In this document: one piece after another, positions 9,806 to 19,109 of the stretch
Layout: the number at the start of each line of letters is the position of its first letter
Position numbering within the stretch: position 1 is the first letter of the stretch
Assembly: GCA_964634875.1 (NCBI GenBank)
Contig: CAZWKA010000001.1
Coordinates: 37,600-101,599 of the forward strand
Reading direction: 5' to 3'
Source of the DNA: an uncultured Gammaproteobacteria bacterium
GTDB taxonomy: Bacteria; Patescibacteriota; Patescibacteriia; Magasanikbacterales; GWA2-37-8
DNA: 64,000 nt
Notes under the pieces: generated by a model
What the model saw: the letters and a program-made list of their open reading frames with translations, nothing else
Database searches by the model: none
What the model was told of the DNA's origin: nothing
Translations under genes and position numbers: made by a program

Positions 9806-10192
9806 TCAGCGACGAGGGGCGTGCCAGATCTGCACGTGGCGGATCTGCTCGGTCCGGAGGCTCTGGTAGGCCTCGAAGGTGAGGTTGCGCTGCATGACCG
9901 TGATGATGGCCAGGGCGAGGAACAGCATCGCGAGCAGGAGCGTGAGCAGGTTGAGGTGGGTCTTCATCTGGCGGCCCTGGGTGGTCAGGGCGCTGACCTG
10001 GGTGAACAGGGTGTTGACCTGTGTCGTCTTGGTCGCGAGGTCGGCCTCGAGGGCGGCGATGCGGCGCTGCTCGGGGGTGGGAGGCTCGGGCGGCGTCAGC
10101 TTGTGCTCGCCGGTGTCCTTGGGCTCCGGCGGCGACAGGTCGATTGTGTCGGGGGCCTTGGTTCCGGGGTTTCCGCTCTGGTCGTTCATCAC
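9806..10192 (-). CDS. Hypothetical membrane protein with coiled coil (GC-rich class)
   Basis: Pro-rich N-terminus, heptad region, one TM helix; AGGAG SD; promoter TTGACG-17-TATAGT at 10287-10315. Confidence 0.65.
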   Translation of the reverse strand: MMNDQSGNPGTKAPDTIDLSPPEPKDTGEHKLTPPEPPTPEQRRIAALEADLATKTTQVNTLFTQVSALTTQGRQMKTHLNLLTLLLAMLFLALAIITVMQRNLTFEAYQSLRTEQIRHVQIWHAPRR

Positions 10193-10396
10193 TGTAGCTC
10201 CTGTTTGCAGTTGGGGGCAGCAGAGGCTCTAATAAGATATGTTTTATTAGAACTTTCGCTGCCCAACGAGCTTACAAGAACGTGTTACTATAGCACAAAA
10301 CAAGGTTTTCGTCAAGGGGTGTAGGGTATTTTTTGGCTAAAATAAGGCAAAAAATAAAAAACAGCCCTGTGTTTGAGCTGTCTTTTGAGCGATTCC

Positions 10397-11944
10397 TTAT
10401 TTCATTTTATCTCGTAAAAGTTTCTCCGCTACTTGTGGGTCGGCGCTGCCTTCGGTGGCTTTCATGAGCATGCCAACCAAGAACTTGATAATTGGTTCCT
10501 TGCCAGCCTTAAATTGAGCTACTTGTTCTGGATAATTTTTGATTATTTCGTCAGCAACTGTTCCAAGTTTGCCTTCGTCACTAATTTGGCCGTACCCTTT
10601 TTCTTCCATAATATGTGTTGGATCTTTGTCTACACCTGATTCGATCATTTCAATCAGGATTTTTTGAGCATTGGTAGCGTTGATTCGATTGGTGTAAATC
10701 AAAGCCATGAGTTCAGCAAAATTTTCTGGTTTGACGCGCAGAATGCGAATGTCGATTTTACGCTCAGCCATGGCACCCATGAGTTTGCTTGTCATCCAGC
10801 CGCCCGACAGTTTAGCGAGCTCACGTTGTTTTTGTGCGGTCAGTTCTTCGGCGGCTTCCTTGCTTTCTGGTAAATGACGTAGCCAGTCGATAAGTTCGCT
10901 AACGACCTGTTCAGTAAATTCAGCCCAGTCACGGTCGCTCGTCAAAATATGGGCATCAGCTTTTGAAAAACCATATTCACTACAAAAACGGAGACGCTTG
11001 GCTTGTGGTAGCTCGGGGAGTGAAAGCGCGTCTGCTAGCTTGGCGGGGTTGAAGGGCGGAATATCGGGCTCGGGGAAATAACGGTAATCGGCAGCTGATT
11101 CTTTGGTGCGTTGATGTGCTGTGCCTTGTTTTTTTTCATCCCAGCCGCGTGTTTCCGGCACCCAGCTTTCACCTTTTTCAATAAGTTCGGTTTGGCGTTT
11201 GATCTCAAATTCAATTGCCTTCTCGACGGCGCGGAATGAGTTGATGTTCTTTACTTCAACTTTTGAGTTAAGGGTGACGCCTTCGCTTGGTACGATGACT
11301 CCGTTCTGGTTAGTGAAGCTTCCCTCGTACTGAACAGAAACATTGGCTTCGCAGCGCATCTGGCCTTTTTCCATGTCAGCGTTGCTGACTCCAAGGGTGC
11401 GGAATAACAGCTGTAGTTCTTGGCAATAGGCTTTAGCTTCAGCAGCGCTTTGTATGTCCGGATCAGAAACAATTTCTACGAGAGGTACTCCAGCGCGGTT
11501 AAAGTCAACGAGCGCCGTTCCGCTAGCCGCGTGATTAAGCTTGGCAGTGTCTTCTTCCATGTGGACACGGGTAACGCCGATGCGTGCGGTTGAGCGATGG
11601 TTCGTTCCGGCTATTTCAAGTTCGATTGTGCCGTGTTCGCCAATCGGCTGGTCGTACTGTGAGATTTGGTAACCCCTGGGAAGATCCGGGTAAAAATAAT
11701 GTTTGCGGTCGAACTTACTTTCTGTCGCTATCGTGCAGTTAAGCGCGCGTGCGATTTTGATCGCGCCTTCAATGCCGGCCTGGTTGGGTACGGGTAGAGT
11801 GCCTGGGTGGGCAAGACAGACTTCGCAGATGTTCGTGTTGGGTGTATCGATGAAGGGGTCGTTCACACACGGACAAAACATCTTGGATTTCGTCTTGAGT
11901 TCTACGTGGATTTCAAGACCGATGATCGGGATAAGTTGGGGCAT
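10397..11944 (-). CDS. gatB: Asp-tRNA(Asn)/Glu-tRNA(Gln) amidotransferase subunit B
   Basis: IGLEIHVEL, FDRKHYFYPDLP, DYRYFPEPD. Confidence 0.97.
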   Translation of the reverse strand: MPQLIPIIGLEIHVELKTKSKMFCPCVNDPFIDTPNTNICEVCLAHPGTLPVPNQAGIEGAIKIARALNCTIATESKFDRKHYFYPDLPRGYQISQYDQPIGEHGTIELEIAGTNHRSTARIGVTRVHMEEDTAKLNHAASGTALVDFNRAGVPLVEIVSDPDIQSAAEAKAYCQELQLLFRTLGVSNADMEKGQMRCEANVSVQYEGSFTNQNGVIVPSEGVTLNSKVEVKNINSFRAVEKAIEFEIKRQTELIEKGESWVPETRGWDEKKQGTAHQRTKESAADYRYFPEPDIPPFNPAKLADALSLPELPQAKRLRFCSEYGFSKADAHILTSDRDWAEFTEQVVSELIDWLRHLPESKEAAEELTAQKQRELAKLSGGWMTSKLMGAMAERKIDIRILRVKPENFAELMALIYTNRINATNAQKILIEMIESGVDKDPTHIMEEKGYGQISDEGKLGTVADEIIKNYPEQVAQFKAGKEPIIKFLVGMLMKATEGSADPQVAEKLLRDKMK

Positions 11945-12038
11945 AGACGAAGATAAAAAGTACTGGGATACTATCAGTTTAGGCTTCTTTTGGCAAATAA
12001 AAAATCCCGGAATTCTCCGGGATTTTTGTGTCTACTAG

Positions 12039-12860
12039 TTAGGTGCGAGAAGCACTGGCCGTGGGCATTTCTGCGACAGGAACAGGCTTGCTGCGGACAT
12101 CGAGGTATATGAGGACGATTGCTATAGTCGCAAGTGGGGCGGCAAAGGCTGAAGCTAGGCTGCTCATAACACCGACAACCATAGTCAGAACAACTTCTGA
12201 AGTGCTAACCGTGCGCCCGGCCTCTTGGAACGCGGCGACCTCTGGGCTATTCATAGAAATCAAGATCGTGAAGGGGGCGGTAAAAGCGAGGATGATAATG
12301 CTGACTAAGAGTCCAAATAAAATACTGGTCACACCTACTCTCCAGGCGATTGCCCACCAGCGCCCTTTGACGAGTTGCTTGCTGTAGCGCAAGGCTGCTA
12401 AGCCGCGCTGTCCGTCAAACAGGGTGGCGTAAGCACCGAAGACGTAATAAACGCTGAAAATAATACCGGGGATAATGAGGAGCAGTGTCCAAAGGCCTAC
12501 AAAGATGCTGGTAAGGAATGAAACCCAGAACACCGGTATCAACGAACCTTTAATGTTCATCATGCCTTGTTTCCAGGGTAGGGTTGGGCGTCCTTCGGCG
12601 ATGTCTTTGATTGCTTGGGCAAGTGCAAGCATGGCCCAGAAACTAATAAACCAACTGCAGAAACTGAGGATTACGGTAATGATGCTATTGAGCAAGTTCG
12701 TCGTTGGCAGGATAGTAGAAAGATAAGCGCTGCCGAGGCCGAGTAAAGCGAGGACTGCGCCAGGGACAAAGACCACAGCAATATACGGCAAAATAGTGCG
12801 CCAATTTTTGCCGTAGATACTAAAAGTCATTCTCAGGATCTCGGTTACTTTAAGGAGCAT
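12039..12860 (-). CDS. Integral membrane protein (DUF975/GPDPase-membrane-domain-like)
   Basis: Multiple TM helices; LLLIIPGIIFSVYY...ALRYSKQLVKGRWW pattern. Confidence 0.65.
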   Translation of the reverse strand: MLLKVTEILRMTFSIYGKNWRTILPYIAVVFVPGAVLALLGLGSAYLSTILPTTNLLNSIITVILSFCSWFISFWAMLALAQAIKDIAEGRPTLPWKQGMMNIKGSLIPVFWVSFLTSIFVGLWTLLLIIPGIIFSVYYVFGAYATLFDGQRGLAALRYSKQLVKGRWWAIAWRVGVTSILFGLLVSIIILAFTAPFTILISMNSPEVAAFQEAGRTVSTSEVVLTMVVGVMSSLASAFAAPLATIAIVLIYLDVRSKPVPVAEMPTASASRT

Positions 12861-12891
12861 ACGTTGGGTTTAGGAATAAAAATGGATTGCT

Positions 12892-13623
12892 TTAGATGCT
12901 CTGGCGAGCCAGGATTTTCTCAAGCAGTTCAGTGGATGCTTGGGTTATTGTAGCAAGATCAGTACCTGCTGACAAGTAATGAATTGTGGTGCCCAGATCC
13001 TTAAAGATGTTTTGAAATTCTGAACCCATGAATTTGGCGTAGGCCTTTTTTTGAAAATCAACCTCTTCAAAAATCGCATTATCATTTTTATCGAGGCGCG
13101 AAGCAAGGCGGGCTAATCCCTTTTCGGGATCAATCTCAAAAAGAATGAGGTCGGTTGGTGGGTGGGCGAGAGCTACGGCATTGCCCGGTAGCGTCCGGAT
13201 GATTTCGTAGGTGATCGTGGGGTCGCTGATAGTTTGGTAGACAAGCGAGGTCGAGATCGAACGATCCGAAATAATTGTTTTACCGGCAGCTAGTGCAGGA
13301 GCAAAGAATTTTTTGTAGAGGATCATGCGGTCGAGCGCATATGCCTCGGCTATTGCCAGGGACGGATAATCAGTGCCTTTGGCGATCAGTTCTTCGCGTA
13401 GCACTTTGCCGATACCGGTATAGGTCATCTCGGCGCTAAAAATAATGTCAGCAGCCAAGACTTCTTCAGCGGGTGGTTGTTTGTCGTATTGTTTCCAATA
13501 GGCTTTGAGGTCGAAGATTTTTTTGCCCTGTTCTTCCAAATGTTTTTTCCAAAAATCAATCACGGTACTTTTGCCAGACCCTTCGGTACCGTCGAGGACG
13601 ATGAATTTACCGGTGTAGTGCAT
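12892..13623 (-). CDS. tmk: Thymidylate kinase
   Basis: FIVLDGTEGSGKST P-loop, ISDRS...SLVYQ; thyA/folA context. Confidence 0.85.
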   Translation of the reverse strand: MHYTGKFIVLDGTEGSGKSTVIDFWKKHLEEQGKKIFDLKAYWKQYDKQPPAEEVLAADIIFSAEMTYTGIGKVLREELIAKGTDYPSLAIAEAYALDRMILYKKFFAPALAAGKTIISDRSISTSLVYQTISDPTITYEIIRTLPGNAVALAHPPTDLILFEIDPEKGLARLASRLDKNDNAIFEEVDFQKKAYAKFMGSEFQNIFKDLGTTIHYLSAGTDLATITQASTELLEKILARQSI

Positions 13624-13637
13624 AACAAAAAAAACGA

Positions 13638-14111
13638 TTATTTTTTATTGTAGGTAACAAAACTAAATCCGTCACGATCGTCGCGCGCCACTTCTTTCCA
13701 GATACTTAGGTCGATGGTTGGAAAAAAGGCGTCGCCATCTATGGTTTGGTTAATATGCGTAATTTCTAATCGATCGGCATTGGCTATGGTTTCATTGTAA
13801 ATTTGTGCGCCACCAATAATCCACAAATCATCGTTGGCGTGATCGTTGAGCGCTCGGTCAAGTTCATGAAAAATTTCGACGCCATCCGGCGCAACAAAAT
13901 CATTTTGTTTGGTAATAACAATGCTCTGTCGGTTGGGAAGCGGTTTGCCAATGAGTGCAATAATTGAGTCAAATGTTTTGCGTCCCATGAGGACGGTTTT
14001 GCCTTTTGTAAGTTCGCGAAAGTGTTTAAGGTCTTCAGGAATATTCCAAGGGAGCGTATTATTTTTGCCGATACAATTATTTTTGGCGATAGCGGCGATG
14101 AGTGTGATCAT
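13638..14111 (-). CDS. folA: Dihydrofolate reductase
   Basis: IGKNNTLPW, MGRKTFDS, PLPNR, IIGGAQIY, GDAFFP. Confidence 0.95.
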   Translation of the reverse strand: MITLIAAIAKNNCIGKNNTLPWNIPEDLKHFRELTKGKTVLMGRKTFDSIIALIGKPLPNRQSIVITKQNDFVAPDGVEIFHELDRALNDHANDDLWIIGGAQIYNETIANADRLEITHINQTIDGDAFFPTIDLSIWKEVARDDRDGFSFVTYNKK

Positions 14112-14114
14112 ACG

Positions 14115-14987
14115 TTAGACGGCAATTTCAAAAGCAATCCTTGGGTAACTTTCATACCCAACCACCTGTGTATCTTCGGCCTTCCAATCAAAGATAGAGG
14201 TAAAATTTTCGGTAACTAGCTTGGGTAGTTTGTGCATATTCGGGTCACGCGTCAGTTGTTCGCGCGCGCCATTTTGATGGTTTTTGTAGATATGAACGTC
14301 GGCTAGGAACCCTGTCAGCACACCTTCTTCGAGACCTGATTCTTTGGCAAGGAGGTGAAGTAGTAGGGCGTAGCTCGCAATATTGAACGGTAGTCCGAGC
14401 ATCGTGTCGACGGAACGCTGGTTCCAAAATAAATTGAGCCGCCCTTTAATTACTGTTACCTGGTAGCAGTAATGGCACGGTGGTAAACCCATTTCTGGGA
14501 GCATGACCGGATTCCACGAGTTGACGATCATGCGTCGGTCAGACGGATTTTTTTTGAGCGTGGTGACGAGATTTTGTAGTTGGTCAACGCCTTGTCCGGT
14601 ATAATCAGTATCGTAGGAAACATAGGGTGCTCCAAAGTGTCGCCATTGAAAGCCATAAATTGGGCCGAGATCGCGTTCTTCGCGCATGCGTTTTTTGCTT
14701 TCCTCGTCATGTCCATAGGGGGCTTTTTTGGGGTGAGCCCATTCATCCCAAATATGGTTGTTGCGGTCGATCAGCCATTGTTTGTCGGTGAGGCCTTTGA
14801 TAAAAAATTCAAGCTCGGTGGCAATGAGTCGAAAAGGGATTTTTTTGGTTGTTAGAAGTGGGAAGCCATTCTTGAGGTCATGCTGAAATAGCGCACCGGG
14901 AATAGCAATGGTACCAACACCCGTGCGGTCATCTTTTTCCTGACCGTTGTCTAAAACATTTTGAACAATGTCGAGATATTGTTGCAT
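14115..14987 (-). CDS. thyA: Thymidylate synthase
   Basis: DRTGVGT, LGPIYGFQWR, LPPCH, QRSVD...GLPFNIASY. Confidence 0.97.
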   Translation of the reverse strand: MQQYLDIVQNVLDNGQEKDDRTGVGTIAIPGALFQHDLKNGFPLLTTKKIPFRLIATELEFFIKGLTDKQWLIDRNNHIWDEWAHPKKAPYGHDEESKKRMREERDLGPIYGFQWRHFGAPYVSYDTDYTGQGVDQLQNLVTTLKKNPSDRRMIVNSWNPVMLPEMGLPPCHYCYQVTVIKGRLNLFWNQRSVDTMLGLPFNIASYALLLHLLAKESGLEEGVLTGFLADVHIYKNHQNGAREQLTRDPNMHKLPKLVTENFTSIFDWKAEDTQVVGYESYPRIAFEIAV

Positions 14988-15053
14988 AGTAGCAAGTGTA
15001 AAGTTGAAAGCGAAAAGTTAAAAATAGTTTTGCGCTTTTCGTTTTTAGCTTCG

Positions 15054-15488
15054 CTATTTCCCCGTGCTACCAAATCCACCCCGACTGGTAGCTTGCGGCA
15101 TTTCGGTTACTTCATTCCAAGCTGCTTGTTCAACCTTGATAAAAATACCCTGGGCAATACGTTCACCACGTTCAACGGTAACTGGTGTGTCAGTAAAATT
15201 GTGCACGGCAATTGAGATTTCATCTTCTGGCCCGCAATAGTCGCTATCAATAACGCCAATGCCGTTGGCCTGCTTCAAACCTTTTTTGAGGGAAAGACTG
15301 GAACGGGCAGCCATCATAAGCATGTACCCGGGCGGGGTAGCGATAATCAAATTAGAAGGAATTTTGGCGAGGCTGTGTGGGGCGATAACCGTCGCTTCAC
15401 GAGCGTAAAAATCAAAACCAGCCGCGCCAGAGGTATGGTAGTCGGGGAGTGGGAGGGTTTGGTCGATGCGTTTAATGGTGATGTGCAT
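15054..15488 (-). CDS. dut: dUTP diphosphatase
   Basis: AAGFD, ARSS, GVIDSDY, ERIAQ, RGGFGSTG. Confidence 0.95.
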   Translation of the reverse strand: MHITIKRIDQTLPLPDYHTSGAAGFDFYAREATVIAPHSLAKIPSNLIIATPPGYMLMMAARSSLSLKKGLKQANGIGVIDSDYCGPEDEISIAVHNFTDTPVTVERGERIAQGIFIKVEQAAWNEVTEMPQATSRGGFGSTGK

Positions 15489-15494
15489 AAACAC

Positions 15495-15612
15495 TGTCAT
15501 TGCGAGGAGTGAAACGACGAAGCAATCCCCTGGATTAAGAATGTCTATTTAAATACTTTGCTGCAAGCGAGGGGGTTGCTTCGTCACTCGTTCCTCGTTG
15601 CTCGCAATGACA
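15495..15612. repeat. REP-like palindromic intergenic element
   Basis: TGTCATTGCGAG...GAAGCAATCCC (15495-15530) and inverted GGGTTGCTTCG...CTCGCAATGACA (15573-15612); shorter relative at 41831-41867. Confidence 0.7.
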
Positions 15613-15619
15613 AATTAAT

Positions 15620-16174
15620 TTATTGGTACTTTGCAACGAGTACATCAAGTTGGGCAAACAATTCCTCGCTCGAACCATTATTATCAATCCGTTCGGTCGC
15701 CTGTGCAGCAATTTCTGCAATACTCATTTCAGTGGAGCGTTCGTGATTGGCTTTGAATTGTTCCATAGTCAGCGTTGCGTCGTCCGGGTTTTCGCCGCGC
15801 TGCTGAATGCGCTTGAGACGGATGTCGATATCGGCGGTTACTTCGACCAGAACAAATTCAGGAAGTTTAAACAAATAAGCACAATCCGCAACACGCCGGA
15901 TGCCATCAATCATAATAAGCGGAGCATCATTCGTGCCAACGTCTTCGGCAATAACGCGGGCGAGCGTTTCTTCGCCAAACGTGGCGCGCACCATTTCTGA
16001 TGTTTTTACCATGGTATCTCGACTGGTCGGCAAGTAGAGGCGACCTAGAATATCGCGGAGGATAGTCGAAAATTTATACGTTTTTGCACCATGCTTTTCT
16101 TCGAGATATTTGGCAGCCGTTCCTTTGCCTGAACCCATTTGTCCAACAAAACCAAAAATAACTTTTTTAGACAT
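15620..16174 (-). CDS. P-loop nucleoside monophosphate kinase (dephospho-CoA kinase-like fold)
   Basis: GFVGQMGSGKGT, IDGIRR, IDNNGS; lies within the dTTP operon. Confidence 0.75.
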   Translation of the reverse strand: MSKKVIFGFVGQMGSGKGTAAKYLEEKHGAKTYKFSTILRDILGRLYLPTSRDTMVKTSEMVRATFGEETLARVIAEDVGTNDAPLIMIDGIRRVADCAYLFKLPEFVLVEVTADIDIRLKRIQQRGENPDDATLTMEQFKANHERSTEMSIAEIAAQATERIDNNGSSEELFAQLDVLVAKYQ

Positions 16175-16177
16175 AGT

Positions 16178-16741
16178 TTAAGGTAAAAAATTTTTCCACA
16201 TCTGACTGGCAACTGGTCGGTTGTCACCAATGTATTTGCTTCCTTTATCCATCGAATACGGTTTGGCGCAGGGACTCGACAGGTGTTCGAAGGCCATTTG
16301 GGCGATCGGCATTTTATAATAGAGCATGATGGGCATGTTGGCGACGTTGTGCAGTTCGAGCGTCATCTTAAGGCAATTGCCAGGGTCAAGGAATCCGGCA
16401 GTGACATGGATGAGGAGTCCCATGCGCCCGACGGAGCTTTTTCCTTCGAGGCGTGCCACCATGCGGTCGTTAACACCGGTTTTTTCGTAAATCATCCCAA
16501 GCGCAAATTCACCGGGGTGCAAAATAAATGGTCGGTCTTCGCCGATGTCTACGGGCACCATAATATCGTCCATTGGCTTTTTAGGATCAATCACGTAGTT
16601 ATTTTTGGTATCAAAAACCAAAAAATGCTTATCAAGGTGAAGGTCAATTGACGCTGCCTTAATATATTTTTCGTCAAATGGGTCAACGGTGATCGCGCCC
16701 TCCGCAAGGGCCTTTTTGATGTCTGTATCTGAAAGAATCAT
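16178..16741 (-). CDS. dcd: dCTP deaminase
   Basis: MILSDTDI, ASIDLHL, LHPGEFAL, EGKSSVGRMGL, AGFLDPG, TLEL. Confidence 0.95.
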   Translation of the reverse strand: MILSDTDIKKALAEGAITVDPFDEKYIKAASIDLHLDKHFLVFDTKNNYVIDPKKPMDDIMVPVDIGEDRPFILHPGEFALGMIYEKTGVNDRMVARLEGKSSVGRMGLLIHVTAGFLDPGNCLKMTLELHNVANMPIMLYYKMPIAQMAFEHLSSPCAKPYSMDKGSKYIGDNRPVASQMWKNFLP

Positions 16742-16838
16742 AGTAAAAAAGGTTCGCTTGGATGATAGCAGAGGGTAGCTTGTTTGGCAATAGAAAAAAA
16801 AGAAGGCCAGAGCCTTCTTTTTGATACGAGCATGTTTA

Positions 16839-17132
16839 TTATTCCAGGTTGTGGGTGTAGTCGTTCAAGAGTGGTGTGATGCGTTCTGCAATAAGCTTGT
16901 CCCAGGTTGTAGGTGGGTATTTATTTTGGACAAACTGGAGCAGTTCTTCGTACTTTCTTTGTTCCGCCAGGCCCTGCATTTCTAGTTTTTCGTCATCGCC
17001 AAGCCATTTGTGTGCATCTTCGAGAATGGTTAAAAAAATGATCGTCGAAAGTTCGGTTGTATATTTTTGTTTGTCAGCTGCTGACAAAGAGTATTGTTTG
17101 AAAAGTCCGTCAAAAAATTGTTGCAGTGTCAT
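16839..17132 (-). CDS. Hypothetical protein
   Basis: ORF with backbone-like composition. Confidence 0.6.
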   Translation of the reverse strand: MTLQQFFDGLFKQYSLSAADKQKYTTELSTIIFLTILEDAHKWLGDDEKLEMQGLAEQRKYEELLQFVQNKYPPTTWDKLIAERITPLLNDYTHNLE

Positions 17133-17140
17133 ACAATGGG

Positions 17141-17509
17141 CTAAATAGTTGTTTTTGACCACTGTTCATGGTTGCGCTCGTCCTTGGCCCGTTTCATCCG
17201 GACTGCGCCTGCCAGACTGAGACTCATTAAAGTTGCAGGTATGGCAAATGGAATGGCGGCAGCAGGATCTTGTTCCACATCATCCAAAGTAACTTTTTTG
17301 TCGACATAGGCTTCCTCTCCTTCTTCCCGGGTCAGGTCGTGTGCTCCGATATAGCCGGTTGCGAGCAGGAGCGGCATCATCATTTCCATTGTTCTTAGAC
17401 CCACTTTATTTTTTTGAAGCCACTTTTTTATCCAGCTATCATGTTTTTTGCTGGGAAAATCACTTTTATTTTCCTTGTGTTCCGAGGCGTTTTCACGGGA
17501 ATGAGCCAT
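17141..17509 (-). CDS. Hypothetical membrane protein
   Basis: ORF with two hydrophobic segments; TTGACA...TATACT promoter upstream on minus strand. Confidence 0.6.
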   Translation of the reverse strand: MAHSRENASEHKENKSDFPSKKHDSWIKKWLQKNKVGLRTMEMMMPLLLATGYIGAHDLTREEGEEAYVDKKVTLDDVEQDPAAAIPFAIPATLMSLSLAGAVRMKRAKDERNHEQWSKTTI

Positions 17510-17616
17510 AGAGATGGTGATGAGGTGCTAAGGTTAAATTTGGCTAATTGTAGCCAATAACACATGTAGTATAGCACATTTTTAGCATTTTGTCAATGGT
17601 AAATTGGCCTAGATCG

Positions 17617-17645
17617 TTGACAATAGAGCCAAAAAATGCTAGGGT
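17617..17645 (+). promoter_or_regulatory. Promoter of the lipoprotein cassette operon
   Basis: TTGACA (17617-17622), 17 nt, TG-extended TAGGGT (17640-17645); same -10 at 31991-31996. Confidence 0.65.
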
Positions 17646-17716
17646 CAGGTGTGTTCTTTTACAGTTTGGAATCTAAGATAGTTGGCGCTCACGGTGAGTG
17701 CTGAAAGCGAGGAAGC

Positions 17717-18220
17717 ATGAGAGTTAATGTCTTGGGTGTTCTGAGTGTCCTAGGGCTTCTTTCGGGCTGTGTTCATCAGCCCGATCTGCGCCCGCCGCTT
17801 GGATCAGAAGAGGTCGAGCGGATGTATGCGCAAAACGAGATTGATTGTGTCGAGGCGCCCTGGCGATACTGCATGGTCGCCGCCTTTGCGCAGTTCAAGA
17901 TGCCGAACTACGGGACGGAGGGGCGGGAAGGCCTTGCCGCCGAGATCGGTGCGGCTGCTTTCGTTGCCGACGATGGCTCGCCCAACGAGGATTGGTTTGG
18001 CAAGCTCCGGCGTGAGGTCGGCAAGCTGAGCCTCGGCGAAGTCAAGTTGGAAGAGGCCGATTCGTCCGACTTCGGAGCGATCCCCAAGGGACGCGCTGCT
18101 TTCCTTGTGTTGAAACACCGGGATGGTCGTGAGTTCTTCTTCATGATTACCCCGAGCAGGCATGGGGTGGTCTACGGTTTTAACAACAACCGGTGGATGC
18201 GAGCCGCTACCACCCCGTAA
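17717..18220 (+). CDS. Putative lipoprotein ORFan (cassette 1)
   Basis: Lipobox LLSGC; GAGGA SD. Confidence 0.75.
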   Translation: MRVNVLGVLSVLGLLSGCVHQPDLRPPLGSEEVERMYAQNEIDCVEAPWRYCMVAAFAQFKMPNYGTEGREGLAAEIGAAAFVADDGSPNEDWFGKLRREVGKLSLGEVKLEEADSSDFGAIPKGRAAFLVLKHRDGREFFFMITPSRHGVVYGFNNNRWMRAATTP

Positions 18221-18433
18221 CTTCTGTGTAGCTCACCCCCCCCCCTCGCTCACTTCCGAGCGCCACTACTATCCTAGGTTCTAAAAAGTTATTTTACAAT
18301 TTTATACATTACAGTAGTTGGCGCTCGTAGTGCTGTGCCTACTGAAGCGTATAAAACGCCCTTTAAAAATCAAGTTTATAATCTAAAGTAGCCGGCGCTC
18401 CCAGTAAGAGCGCTTTGCTAGGAGGAAATTACA

Positions 18434-18961
18434 ATGCGATTGAGAAGTGCTGCTCTCGTGATTGGTCTGGTTTTTCAGGGCTGTGCCCACCTGTCGAACA
18501 CGGATGATTCTTCCCCCAAAAAGGAAGCGGCCACGACGCCGGATGGAGGCATCTGCTACCGGCCCCGGCTCAATTATGGAGGGTATGAATATCTCAATGT
18601 GGAGGGTGGCGTCTATCCGCCGTATTACTACGTCCGGCTCCCAGGCGGCAACATGCCCGAGTTTACTCGGCTGCTCCATGCTGCCGAGTATGAGGTGACC
18701 CGCTGGGCCGATGACCACATTGAGGAGCTCGACAAGGGGTGCCATACGACCCCTGAGGGCTTGAACGTCCGCATCGAGGTCTTCGTGGCGAAAACGCCTG
18801 ATGGTCAAAGCTATGTTACTCGGGCAGAGTTCGTTGCGCCTCCCGTGGTTGGTAACCGGCGGCGGGCCTGGGGAAAGCCTGGCCAGTATGTGCTCAGTGA
18901 GGTTGGAACCGTGCTCGACGCCTCGCTTGAAGCGCTCCTGACCGAGATCCCCCACAGCTAA
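18434..18961 (+). CDS. Putative lipoprotein ORFan (cassette 2)
   Basis: Lipobox-like VFQGC; AGGAGG SD. Confidence 0.75.
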   Translation: MRLRSAALVIGLVFQGCAHLSNTDDSSPKKEAATTPDGGICYRPRLNYGGYEYLNVEGGVYPPYYYVRLPGGNMPEFTRLLHAAEYEVTRWADDHIEELDKGCHTTPEGLNVRIEVFVAKTPDGQSYVTRAEFVAPPVVGNRRRAWGKPGQYVLSEVGTVLDASLEALLTEIPHS

Positions 18962-19109
18962 TCGTTCCTCGCAGCTCCTAGCGACTCACCGCCTCATTGT
19001 GGCGCCATCGCGAGCGCCGCCCTACTTTAGGTTATAAACATGCCCTTTAAAAATTACGTTTAGAATTTAAGGTAGTCGGCGCACGGAGCGTCGAAGGAGA
19101 GAAGAGAAA

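Noticed and set aside
9749-10324. Long antisense/overlapping ORFs over GC-rich genes (also 34971-36092, 24844-25611, 54885-55842, 49546-50334)
   Set aside because: Shadow ORFs expected from high GC3; the opposite frame has the SD, promoter and sensible protein features.
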